64,000 nt of DNA, from NCBI GenBank assembly GCA_963665375.2, contig CAXXUL010000001.1, forward strand, positions 733,001 to 797,000. Direction: 5' to 3'. The translations under genes and the position numbers were made by a program. The notes beneath the pieces were generated by a model. It saw only the letters and a program-made list of their open reading frames with translations. It did no database searches and was not told where the DNA came from. The stretch comes from Christensenellaceae bacterium (GTDB lineage: Bacteria > Bacillota > Clostridia > Christensenellales > CAG-138). This document shows, piece after piece, positions 1-8,326 of the stretch; the stretch's first letter is position 1; each line of letters opens with the position of its first letter.

Positions 1-335
1 TGTTTCCTTGCGAAAAATGCGTCGCTGCCCGCGTAAGCATACAATCCGGTGAAACCATAGTGCGGCTTTCTGCCGGAGAACGCTTTCATGAAAACCCCGT
101 GGATCAGCTCGTGAAAAATCATATACGCGATGATGCCGATCATCCAAAACGCCATGTTGAAGATGGTGTGGATGCCGATCGTTATCTCAACAAAAGGAGG
201 ACAAAACACGAAACCGAGCGCCGCAAGCGCACCTGTGATCAAAAGCGCAAGCAAATTCACGATCACCGCCTCTTTGCGGTTTCGCATGAGGTCTACGCGG
301 CGCACCTCGCGGTAACCGTTTGGCAACGTGGTCAT
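1..335 (-). CDS. DUF3267-like putative zinc-metallopeptidase membrane protein (C-terminal end runs off the window)
   Basis: My own translation of the minus strand from the ATG at 335 gives MTTLPNGYREVRRVDLMRNRKEAVIVNLLALLITGALAALGF...MIFHELIHGVFMK. It has an HExxH motif and TM segments. It is absent from the ORF track because it has no stop in the window. It has an ATGA overlap with the upstream gene. Confidence 0.6.
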   Translation of the reverse strand, partial: MTTLPNGYREVRRVDLMRNRKEAVIVNLLALLITGALAALGFVFCPPFVEITIGIHTIFNMAFWMIGIIAYMIFHELIHGVFMKAFSGRKPHYGFTGLYAYAGSDAFFARK

Positions 336-613
336 TCTGCCTCCGTTTTCTTCTCGGGGTTACGCCAGTAGCGGCTTCCGTCACGCATGCGCTTGAGCCA
401 CCCGCTCTCAATCATACCGCGCCGCAGGATAAACAAATCCCCGAACGTATGCCATGTTGAAAGAATCGCGTTCACTTCGTGTTCGGTATAATCGCGACCA
501 GGCTCAAATTTTTCCGTGAGGTAAGCAAATATCTCTTCGCGTGGTGCTTGTTTGGAAGGCCAGAGCTTTACCTTGCCTTCTTCATCTAAAAACCGTTCGA
601 TTCCCTGCGCCAT
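332..613 (-). CDS. DUF2087-like small protein
   Basis: 93-aa ORF. The segment EHEVNAILSTWHTFGDLFILRRGMIESGWLKR resembles the DUF2087 family. It appears translationally coupled to the downstream gene. Confidence 0.6.
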   Translation of the reverse strand: MAQGIERFLDEEGKVKLWPSKQAPREEIFAYLTEKFEPGRDYTEHEVNAILSTWHTFGDLFILRRGMIESGWLKRMRDGSRYWRNPEKKTEAE

Positions 614-908
614 TGCGCCGCCTCCTATATGCCGTGAATTGCGGCGGTGTCCCGCCGGATTCGCCGTTTGATCGCTTGTCCATACAAGAAATTTTCCGCG
701 ACATCTATGTTCTCACAATTTTAGCGAAATTTCAACCGCTGCAAGCGTAAAAGCGTCTCTACGCTGCGTCGAATGTTTTCGGTTTTATATGATCGATCCT
801 GTTGTCGTCCGCCGAATTCGTGTTCTCGATTCGGCATATCCTATGTTATACTATTGGTGTGTGAGAATTCTTTCATGCAACGCAGCATACGATTGGAGGA
901 ACTGTATT

Positions 909-1235
909 ATGAAACTGCTTTTTGCCATCGTACAAAATGACGATCAAAAGTCTCTCACCTACGCGCTGATCGAAAAGAACATCAGCGTAACCCGCATTGC
1001 CAGCACGGGCGGATTTCTGCGCGGCGGCAATACGACGCTTATGATCGGTGTGGAGCCGGATCGACTCGACGAAGCGCTCGCCATCATCAACGAACACTCG
1101 CGCCGCAGAACCGTGGTCACCGTTCCTGCTTCCGGCATTCCGCATAGCATCGACAGCGCCGCTATGCCTATGAGCGTCACGGTCGGCGGAGCTACCGTGT
1201 TCGTGCTGGATGTCGCACAGACGTTTAAGTATTAG
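909..1235 (+). CDS. darA: cyclic-di-AMP receptor, PII-like signal transduction protein (DarA/YaaQ family)
   Basis: MKLLFAIVQNDDQ...TRIASTGGFLRGGNTTLMIGVE...VGGATVFVLDV aligns closely by eye with B. subtilis DarA (YaaQ). A GGAGGA RBS lies upstream of the ATG at 909. The ORF-track start at 789 is probably too far upstream. Confidence 0.9.
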   Translation: MKLLFAIVQNDDQKSLTYALIEKNISVTRIASTGGFLRGGNTTLMIGVEPDRLDEALAIINEHSRRRTVVTVPASGIPHSIDSAAMPMSVTVGGATVFVLDVAQTFKY

Positions 1236-1311
1236 TCGCTTCGTTCCGTCCTCTTGACAGGATGTTGCGACTGATTGAAGCCAAGAATGAAACAGAACTG
1301 AGAAGCCAACG

Positions 1312-2688
1312 TTGGAACAACAACAAGTAAAGGAATTGAATCCCGCTGCCGTAAAGCCGATCTTTACTTCTACTGCGCTGCGGCAGCTGATTATCCCGCT
1401 CATTTTAGAGCAATTGCTCGCAATGACGGTGGGTCTTGCCGCGGTCATCATGATCACAAAGGTCGGCGAGGCCGCTGTCTCCGGCGTTTCACTTGTCGAT
1501 TCGCTCAATGTCCTCATCATCAGTATTCTTTCCGCGCTCTGCACCGGTGGCGCCGTTGTTTGCGCGCAGTATATCGGGCGTCAAGAGGTAGAAAACGCGC
1601 GAATCTCCGCGCGTCAATTGGTCTACATTTCGCTGTTATTTTCGGTTGCGGTCGGCGCGGTGTTGCTCTGCGCCCCGCGCTTTTTTATTCAGTTGATCTT
1701 TGGCACGCTGGACGAAACCGTAGCTGAGAGCGCAAGGATCTATCTGCTCTTTAGCGCAATCTCGTTTCCGTTTCTCGCGCTTTATAACGCCTGCGCCGCG
1801 CTCTTTCGCGCGATGGGCAACTCCCGCATATCGCTTTATGTTTCACTCGTCATGAATATCGTCAATATCTCCATCAACGCGCTTTTGATCTACGGGTTAA
1901 AGATCGGCGTGTTGGGCGCGGGTATCGCGACGGCAACCGCGCGCGCAGTAGCTGCCGTTTTGATGCTGCTTTTGATTCGCAGCAAGAGCAACGTGATCTA
2001 TGTCCGGCATCTATTGCCCATTCGTTTTGAGAAAAGCATGGTGCAGAGCATCCTTTCCATCGGTATTCCAAACGGTTTGGAAAACGGGATGTTCAACTTT
2101 GGTAAACTGCTTGTGCAAACGCTGGTCGCGTGGCTTGGCACCTCCGCCATCGCGGCGAACGCCATCATCGGCAGCATCTTCAATATCGCGGTCGTTCCCG
2201 GCATGGGTATGAGTTTAGCGGTACTGACCGTCGTTGGGCAATGCATCGGCGCAGGCGACTATCAGCAGGCAATTGTGTATACCAGGAAGCTCATGGTGAT
2301 CACCTATCTTACGATGATGGCCGTCAATATTCCGATTTTGCTCTTTTCCGGCCCGATTGTCCGGTGGTTTTCGCTCAGTCCCGAAGCGGAGGCGATCACG
2401 CTGCAAGTGTTACCTGTGATCGCGATATCCTGCTGCATCGTCTGGCCGTATTCATTCGCTTTCCCAAATGCGCTCCGTGCGGCGGGAGATGCGCGTTATA
2501 CCATGATCGTATCCACCTGCAGCATGTGGGCCGTGCGATTCGGATTGAGCTACCTTCTCATCAAACATTTTCAATTTGGCCTTGAAGGCGTTTGGTATTG
2601 CATGATCGTGGACTGGATCGTCCGCTGCGTTTTCTTCTTTTTCCGTTATCGTGGCGGCAAGTGGAAGACAAAAACCGTTCTTCGTTAG
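1312..2688 (+). CDS. MATE family efflux transporter
   Basis: 458 aa with about 12 predicted TM segments. N-terminus is typical of MATE (LRQLIIPLILEQLLAMTVGLAAVIM). The start is an alternative TTG codon and is uncertain. Confidence 0.85.
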   Translation: MEQQQVKELNPAAVKPIFTSTALRQLIIPLILEQLLAMTVGLAAVIMITKVGEAAVSGVSLVDSLNVLIISILSALCTGGAVVCAQYIGRQEVENARISARQLVYISLLFSVAVGAVLLCAPRFFIQLIFGTLDETVAESARIYLLFSAISFPFLALYNACAALFRAMGNSRISLYVSLVMNIVNISINALLIYGLKIGVLGAGIATATARAVAAVLMLLLIRSKSNVIYVRHLLPIRFEKSMVQSILSIGIPNGLENGMFNFGKLLVQTLVAWLGTSAIAANAIIGSIFNIAVVPGMGMSLAVLTVVGQCIGAGDYQQAIVYTRKLMVITYLTMMAVNIPILLFSGPIVRWFSLSPEAEAITLQVLPVIAISCCIVWPYSFAFPNALRAAGDARYTMIVSTCSMWAVRFGLSYLLIKHFQFGLEGVWYCMIVDWIVRCVFFFFRYRGGKWKTKTVLR

Positions 2689-2720
2689 TTGATTTCGTTA
2701 CCGTTCGAAAGGAGTCCGCG

Positions 2721-3350
2721 TTGGTAGAGCTGTTTGCCGCCGATATCAATCAAATTGCGCCGCGTGCACACCACCTGATCAGTTTGCTCGACGAAGAGCG
2801 TCAGGCGCGTGTGCGCGCCTTTGGCGAGTCTCGCAGCGCGCTCCTAACGTTGGCTGCCGGGCTGCTTCTCTACGATATCTTTGGCGAGCGTACGAAAACC
2901 GCGCGTTTTGAGCGCGGCAAGCGCGGTAAACCGCATCTTCCGGATTATGCGCCGTTTAATATCTCCCATGCGGGCGATTTCGCCGTGCTTGCGCTTTCAA
3001 AGCAGCCGGTCGGCGTCGATTTGGAGCGGATGCGCCCGATTGATTGGCAGCGAATCGCGCTTCGCTTCTTCCATCAGGAGGAGCGCGCGTACCTTGCACA
3101 ATCCAACGAGCCGGAAAATGACTTTTTTCGTATCTGGACGCTGAAAGAGAGCTATCTCAAAGCCGAGGGAACGGGGTTCTCCATCTCTCCCGCCAGTTTT
3201 GCCGTCCTGCCGACAGGCGTGCAGTCCGCTCGTTTTTTGGGTGAGACCGCGTTTCGCTTCACGCGTCTTGCCGCGTTTCCCGGCTATTGTCTCAGCGTAT
3301 GTTCGCTGGAGGAAAACGTTTCGCCGCAAGTGATTATGAAGCAGTTCTAA
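2721..3350 (+). CDS. 4'-phosphopantetheinyl transferase (Sfp type)
   Basis: Motifs FNISHAGDFAVLALS..VGVDLE and WTLKESYLKAEGTG. A TTG at 2721 is preceded by an AAAGGAG RBS. The ORF-track start at 2592 overlaps the MATE gene. Confidence 0.85.
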   Translation: MVELFAADINQIAPRAHHLISLLDEERQARVRAFGESRSALLTLAAGLLLYDIFGERTKTARFERGKRGKPHLPDYAPFNISHAGDFAVLALSKQPVGVDLERMRPIDWQRIALRFFHQEERAYLAQSNEPENDFFRIWTLKESYLKAEGTGFSISPASFAVLPTGVQSARFLGETAFRFTRLAAFPGYCLSVCSLEENVSPQVIMKQF

Positions 3351-3381
3351 CTTTAGTTTTTATCTCAATTTGCGTGATAAC

Positions 3382-3417
3382 AAAACATGCCGCCCTGTTA
3401 CGGACGGCATGTTTTTT
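3382..3417. terminator. bidirectional rho-independent terminator between the PPTase and holin genes
   Basis: AAAACATGCCG...CGGCATGTTTTTT hairpin flanked by an A-run and a T-run. Confidence 0.7.
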
Positions 3418-3427
3418 CGTTTACTCG

Positions 3428-3829
3428 TTAATCCGCGATTGCAACCTGCTGTTTGATTCGCTCAATCCAGCTTTCGCCAACGCCGAGTATCAGCGCGTCC
3501 ACATCGACCGAAGCCGCCGAAAGCAGCGCGAATGCGGGCGTAGAGAGCTTCTCAACCGTCTTGTCGAGCAGCTTCTGGCGCAGTTGAGCAACCTCCTGCT
3601 GCGTCAGCTTACCGTCCTGATTGGCAGCCTTCAGGTCGCTCACAAGCGTCTGCTGCAGTTCCCCAACAGTAATCCTCGCCGCGCGAATGACTTCCTTCTG
3701 CGCGTCGTTGATGTTCTTGAGGTGTGCGTTCTTCCCCAGTTGCAGCGTCAGGTACGTGCCGAGCACACCGATGAGTGTAATCAGTAGCGTCGCCGCCACC
3801 TGCAAGCCATAGTTTAACAGTAAATCCAT
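3428..3829 (-). CDS. phage holin (LL-H-like family)
   Basis: 133 aa with an N-terminal TM (LQVAATLLITLIGVLGTYLTL) followed by a charged coiled region. It is the last gene of the endolysin cassette. Confidence 0.6.
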   Translation of the reverse strand: MDLLLNYGLQVAATLLITLIGVLGTYLTLQLGKNAHLKNINDAQKEVIRAARITVGELQQTLVSDLKAANQDGKLTQQEVAQLRQKLLDKTVEKLSTPAFALLSAASVDVDALILGVGESWIERIKQQVAIAD

Positions 3830-3857
3830 ATTGAGTTTCTCCTTATCAATTCTTTTG

Positions 3858-4109
3858 TTAAGTTTCTTCCATCACGCGGATTCGCGCCTCGTGATCGCTG
3901 ATTTGAACCGATTGTTCCCGCGCGTGGTCCCAAATACGTTCGTGCGCGACCCGGTTTGCCGCAGTCAGGCATTCGATGTTCTTCTCCAACTGTTCCATCG
4001 TCGTCGTGAGCTTGCCGATGGCGAGCGTCAGCTTGATCATGGGGGTCACGACCGCCGCAAAGAGTGCAATCAGCGCTGCAATCACGCCGACAACATCCCA
4101 TTCCTGCAT
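3858..4109 (-). CDS. small phage membrane protein (holin-associated/XhlA-like candidate)
   Basis: 83 aa with an N-terminal TM (VVGVIAALIALFAAVVTPMI) plus a coiled coil. It sits between the endolysin and the holin. Confidence 0.5.
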   Translation of the reverse strand: MQEWDVVGVIAALIALFAAVVTPMIKLTLAIGKLTTTMEQLEKNIECLTAANRVAHERIWDHAREQSVQISDHEARIRVMEET

Positions 4110-4121
4110 GTGTTTCTCCTC

Positions 4122-5006
4122 CTAGTACCAACTCGGCCGCAAAAAGTTTGTCCATACACCGAACCGGTCGGTCGTGTGCTTTACAAAATTCCAGCCGCGC
4201 CTACCTGTCAGTTTTGTGAGCTGGCAGCCGTATGCCCCGCCCATCCATTCGATCGCAAGCCCTCCGCCAGCATAGAGGCCAATATGCCCGCTTTTGTGCA
4301 GCAGATCCGCTGGCAGAAGTTCCTCCTGCGCAATCTTTCGCGTCGATCCGCTTGCCGCAAATCCATCCGCGGCCAGATCAAACTTGGGTTTGACAACGCC
4401 CGCGTGCCGTAGCAGCCCTACCACGCCGCCGGAGCAGTCCGCGCCGGTGATTGCGGGGTTATCCTCCACCGCGCGCTCCATCATCTCGCGGCGCCCGCTG
4501 TCGTAAAACTCCGGTTGACGTTTTGCGCCGCTCGCAATTCGCGCAAGCGAAATCACGTTTGGCGATAAGTCGGTGTTGTAGAGGTTCCCGCCGCGAATGT
4601 AAAGGCTCGTCGGGTATTCCCTCGCTTGCGTCGCGTCATAGGCAAACGACAATGCATCAAGAACGATGTTCTTGCGAGCTTCGCTTGCGCCGCTTAACGA
4701 ATTTAGTATCGCTCCCGCCGCCACATCGCCGATCTGCAAAGGGATTCTCGCGCGATCCACCGGTATCGTCTCCGGCGTCTCTTCCGGAAACAGCGCGGCA
4801 TAGGTCAGCGGGCCGACAACGCCATCTATCACCAAACCTTGTTGGTTTTGAAAGGTTTTTACAGCAGCGCGCGTGTCTTTTCCAAACGTGCTGGATCGCA
4901 AGACTGTCATCTGCGCGGGATAACAGCCGAGCGCGAGGAGGCGCTGTTTGACGCGCACCACGTCCTCCCCCGCGCTGCCGTAGCGCAAGGTTCTTGTCAG
5001 CGACAT
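4122..5006 (-). CDS. phage endolysin: PG_binding_1 domain + NlpC/P60-type cysteine peptidase
   Basis: The N-terminal YGSAGEDVVRVKQRLLALG...FGKDTRAAVKTFQNQQGLVIDGVVGPLTYAAL looks like a peptidoglycan-binding repeat. The C-terminal GADCSGGVVGLL...SGHIGLYAGG looks like an NlpC/P60 Cys/His pair. Confidence 0.8.
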   Translation of the reverse strand: MSLTRTLRYGSAGEDVVRVKQRLLALGCYPAQMTVLRSSTFGKDTRAAVKTFQNQQGLVIDGVVGPLTYAALFPEETPETIPVDRARIPLQIGDVAAGAILNSLSGASEARKNIVLDALSFAYDATQAREYPTSLYIRGGNLYNTDLSPNVISLARIASGAKRQPEFYDSGRREMMERAVEDNPAITGADCSGGVVGLLRHAGVVKPKFDLAADGFAASGSTRKIAQEELLPADLLHKSGHIGLYAGGGLAIEWMGGAYGCQLTKLTGRRGWNFVKHTTDRFGVWTNFLRPSWY

Positions 5007-5108
5007 GTCGCGCCTCCAAATACGCTATCCTTCCCGAAGGATTCGCATTGCAGGACTTTTTGCGCAAACATACCACCGTTGCTTCTTCTCCGAGCAGCAA
5101 TACTCCAT

Positions 5109-5155
5109 AAAAAAACTGGCATCGGTCTCCTCTTCCGGGGTATCCGATACCAGTT
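5109..5155 (-). terminator. rho-independent terminator, or attenuator, upstream of the lysis cassette
   Basis: On the minus strand, AACTGGTATCGG...CCGATGCCAGTT is followed by T7. It lies downstream of the YbaK-GNAT gene and about 100 nt upstream of the endolysin ATG. Confidence 0.65.
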
Positions 5156-5263
5156 TGCACGATTTTTCGCTCTGTGATTATAAGAATTCGGGAAAACACG
5201 AATTATAATAACGCAAAAGACAAGTTTGATGCATATTTCCTCTTGCGAATTAGCATTAATGCA

Positions 5264-6217
5264 CTATTCGTTCTTCAGATCATATCGAAAGATGCAGTGC
5301 TCGGCGCGAACGCCGTCCCGATAGAGTCCACTGTAGCTCGCGGGAACGCGTATTTCCAGCAGCTCGCCACCCAAGTGTTCCAGCGTCTTTCGAGAAGGAA
5401 TATTGTCCTGATCACATGTGATGATGAGATACGGCATTCGATGCGCGCGGGCTACTTCAAACACGAGTTTACAGGCTTTCCCCGCGTAACCGTTGCCGCG
5501 AAATGCCTCGATCACGTTGTAGCCGATGTTCCCGCCATAATACGTGTTTCGAACATATCCAAGCCGCAGATCGATTTTGCCTACTTTTGTTCCGTCGCTC
5601 AACCGCACGATGTCAAAATCGTAGCACGGCACAAACCCCTTCGTTTCGTCAGCACCGGAAGCGGACGTCATTCGCAGCGTGATCTCGCCGTCGTTCGGTA
5701 TCTCAATCCGCTCGCTGGGACAATCGTCAATCGCGGGATCGTCGCCTTCTTCCCAGTCCTTGCAAACGTCGATCCAAGCCTGCGCATGGCTATAGCGAAA
5801 CAGCTCGTCGCAAGTGACTTCAATTGCGCTATTCGAGCTGCCGCAGGCAGGAAACACCGTTGCAAACCGCTTGAGCGAGACGTCCAAATAAACCGGCGTG
5901 CTCGCGGGCAGGGCAAACGGACAAACGCCGCCGACCGCGCTGCCGGTGAGTCGCTCCACCTCGTCCGGCGCAAGCATTTTCGCTTTCATCCCAAACTGGT
6001 CTTTAAACTTTCTGTTGTCTACGCGCGCGTCACCAGCTGCGACGACGAGTACACAGCCTTCACCCAACGCAAACGACAGCGTTTTTGCAATCCGTGCGGG
6101 ACGAACGCCCAATGTCTGCGCAGCGAGGTCTACCGTCGCGGAGCTGGTTTCAAACTCCCAGATGCGCTGCTCCATGTTCATCGAACGAAAGTATCCCTTG
6201 ACCCTGGTAATCGACAC
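5264..6217 (-). CDS. fusion protein: YbaK/ProX-type aminoacyl-tRNA deacylase domain + C-terminal GNAT acetyltransferase
   Basis: The N-terminal half (TVDLAAQTLGVRPARIAKTLSF...VGGVCPFAL) is YbaK/EbsC-like. The C-terminal half (YNVIEAFRGNGYAGKACKLVFEVARAH) is a GNAT acetyl-CoA binding motif. Confidence 0.75.
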   Translation of the reverse strand: MSITRVKGYFRSMNMEQRIWEFETSSATVDLAAQTLGVRPARIAKTLSFALGEGCVLVVAAGDARVDNRKFKDQFGMKAKMLAPDEVERLTGSAVGGVCPFALPASTPVYLDVSLKRFATVFPACGSSNSAIEVTCDELFRYSHAQAWIDVCKDWEEGDDPAIDDCPSERIEIPNDGEITLRMTSASGADETKGFVPCYDFDIVRLSDGTKVGKIDLRLGYVRNTYYGGNIGYNVIEAFRGNGYAGKACKLVFEVARAHRMPYLIITCDQDNIPSRKTLEHLGGELLEIRVPASYSGLYRDGVRAEHCIFRYDLKNE

Positions 6218-6360
6218 GTTGTTGTTCCATCCATATTCTCAAGTAATCATACAGCCGATTGGCTCGCATATTTCTCAATAAAAAATCGGCGTTTTGTCTA
6301 TCTTAAAGACTTCCACGCCGATTTTCAAGCATAATTCTGTTTTTTATCGATATTCTTTCA

Positions 6361-8118
6361 TCAGGCAGTGGGCAGCGCGAATTTCTCCGAGTATTCTTTC
6401 ACATGCGCCGTAAATTCTTCGTTGCCGTCCGCAGCCTTGACCGATTGCAGATAGCTGTGCATGTCGAACGTATCGTTTTTGGTTTGAATCATCGTCGCCG
6501 CGATATTGGAGCAGTGATCGGACACACGCTCCATATTGGTCAGCAGGTCGGAGAGAACAAACCCAAGTTCGATCGTGCAAGTCCCCTCTTTCAGACGCTC
6601 AACGTGCCGCGCGCGGATATCCGCCTCTATCGCGTCGATCACTTCTTCCAGCGGCTCAACCAAGCGGGCCTCGTCGAGGTTTTCGTTCAAAAACGCCTCG
6701 ACAGCATTGTTCAAGATTTCACTCAAGGCGTTGCTAAACACACGAATCTCAGCTTTTGCCGCATCGGAGAACGAGATCTTTTTATCATGCATTTCCTGAG
6801 ACACTTCGGTCAGGTTGACCGCGTGATCGCTAATGCGCTCAAAGTCGCCAATCATGTGCAGGAACATACCGATCTCATTGCTGTCCTTTTCCATAAGCTG
6901 GCGTGTGCTGAGTTGAACGAGATAAGTCCCGAGACGATCCTCGTATTTATCAATCTCGTCTTCGTTGGCAACCACCGTTGCAATCGTCTTCGCATCATAA
7001 TTCTCAATGGTGCCTAGTGCCATCAGCAACGTATCGCGCGAGAGCGTCGCCATCCGTTCCATCACGTTTTTGCACTGCTCCAACGCAAACGCAGGCATAT
7101 CGAGGAAGCGCTCGTCCAACGGCCATTCTTCTTCCTTTGCCGCTTTGTCCGGAATCGTAATTTTCGCCAGCTTGACCAAGATGCTGGAAGCAGGCAACAA
7201 AACAGCAGTAGCCAATATGTTAAACGACGTATGGATAACGGCGATATTCGCTGGATCGAGCACGTCGTCCAGGAACGTGAAATGCAGAATCGAGTTTAGC
7301 GTATAGAACAGCGTCAGGAAGATCACGGTCCCTATGATGTTGAAGTACAGGTGAACCATCGCAGTGCGCTTTGCGTTTTTACTCGCTCCAATACAGGAGA
7401 GAAGCGCCGTGACACAGGTGCCGATGTTCTGGCCCATAATGATCGGAATTGCGATGCCGTAAGTAACCCCGCCCGTGAGTGACAGCGCCTGCAAGATACC
7501 GACCGATGCGGAAGAGCTTTGAATAATACCGGTGATCACAGCCCCGGTGAGCACGCCAAGGAGCGGATTGCTGAATCTTGTCATGATGCTCACAAACTCG
7601 GGCATGTCCGCTAGCGGCTTCACCGCACTGGACATCATGTGCATGCCGTACATCAAGACCGCAAATCCGCAGAGCACGGAGCCGATGGTCTTTTGTTTTT
7701 GCTTTTTCGAAAACATTGCCATGATCACGCCAATGACGGCGAGAACCGGCGTAAAGGAAGTCGGTTTCAGTAACTGTATCAGTAGGGACGATCCCTGTAA
7801 ACCGGTCAAGCTCAAAATCCACGCGGTCGCCGTCGTGCCGATGTTTGCACCCATAATGATGCCAACCGCCTGGTTGAGCGTCATGATGCCGCCGTTGACG
7901 AAGCCGACCGTCATAACGGTTGTTGCAGACGAACTTTGAATAATCGCTGTTGCAAGCGTGCCCAGCAGAAGCGCTTTCCATTTGCTGCTTGTCGAACGTT
8001 CCAGCGCGCGCTCCAGCACGCCGCCGGACATGTTCTCCAGCGAAACGCTCATCAAGTGCATTCCATACAGGAAGAGCGCTAATCCTCCAAGCATGGAAAG
8101 AATGTCAAATATCGTCAT
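6361..8118 (-). CDS. Na/Pi cotransporter family protein with C-terminal PhoU-like domain
   Basis: The N-terminus has the duplicated motifs IIQSSSATTVM and IIQSSSASVGI. The C-terminal part consists of helical PhoU-like repeats. The start ATG at 8118 is preceded by a GGGGG RBS. Confidence 0.85.
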   Translation of the reverse strand: MTIFDILSMLGGLALFLYGMHLMSVSLENMSGGVLERALERSTSSKWKALLLGTLATAIIQSSSATTVMTVGFVNGGIMTLNQAVGIIMGANIGTTATAWILSLTGLQGSSLLIQLLKPTSFTPVLAVIGVIMAMFSKKQKQKTIGSVLCGFAVLMYGMHMMSSAVKPLADMPEFVSIMTRFSNPLLGVLTGAVITGIIQSSSASVGILQALSLTGGVTYGIAIPIIMGQNIGTCVTALLSCIGASKNAKRTAMVHLYFNIIGTVIFLTLFYTLNSILHFTFLDDVLDPANIAVIHTSFNILATAVLLPASSILVKLAKITIPDKAAKEEEWPLDERFLDMPAFALEQCKNVMERMATLSRDTLLMALGTIENYDAKTIATVVANEDEIDKYEDRLGTYLVQLSTRQLMEKDSNEIGMFLHMIGDFERISDHAVNLTEVSQEMHDKKISFSDAAKAEIRVFSNALSEILNNAVEAFLNENLDEARLVEPLEEVIDAIEADIRARHVERLKEGTCTIELGFVLSDLLTNMERVSDHCSNIAATMIQTKNDTFDMHSYLQSVKAADGNEEFTAHVKEYSEKFALPTA

Positions 8119-8271
8119 GCAAAATACCCCCAAATTACTCCACTTATCATATTACCAGATTTGAGGATCGTTGCAACCATTTCTGTAAAACCTGTTGTTG
8201 AGATGTTTACATTTATTTGATGTTTTTTGTGCGTCTTTACAATCGAATTTCATATTCTGCTGATCTCGATC

Positions 8272-8298
8272 AAAAAAAGAGCGGCGCTTTTGCGCCGC
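8272..8298 (-). terminator. rho-independent terminator after the acyltransferase gene
   Basis: GCGGCGC-AAAA-GCGCCGC hairpin followed by T7 on the minus strand. Confidence 0.7.
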
Positions 8299-8326
8299 AC
8301 GAAATCGCAGGAATCCCGAAAAATCA

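Noticed and set aside
60-411. ORFs 60-371(+), 130-315(+) and 187-411(-).
   Set aside because: They overlap the better-supported minus-strand DUF3267-like gene (HExxH, TM helices, coupled to DUF2087). Their translations are low-complexity and basic.
817-885. AATTCGTGTT and GAATTCTT words upstream of darA that partly resemble the 5176-5209 element.
   Set aside because: Only short (8-10 nt) matches with different spacing and orientation. This is not distinguishable from chance.
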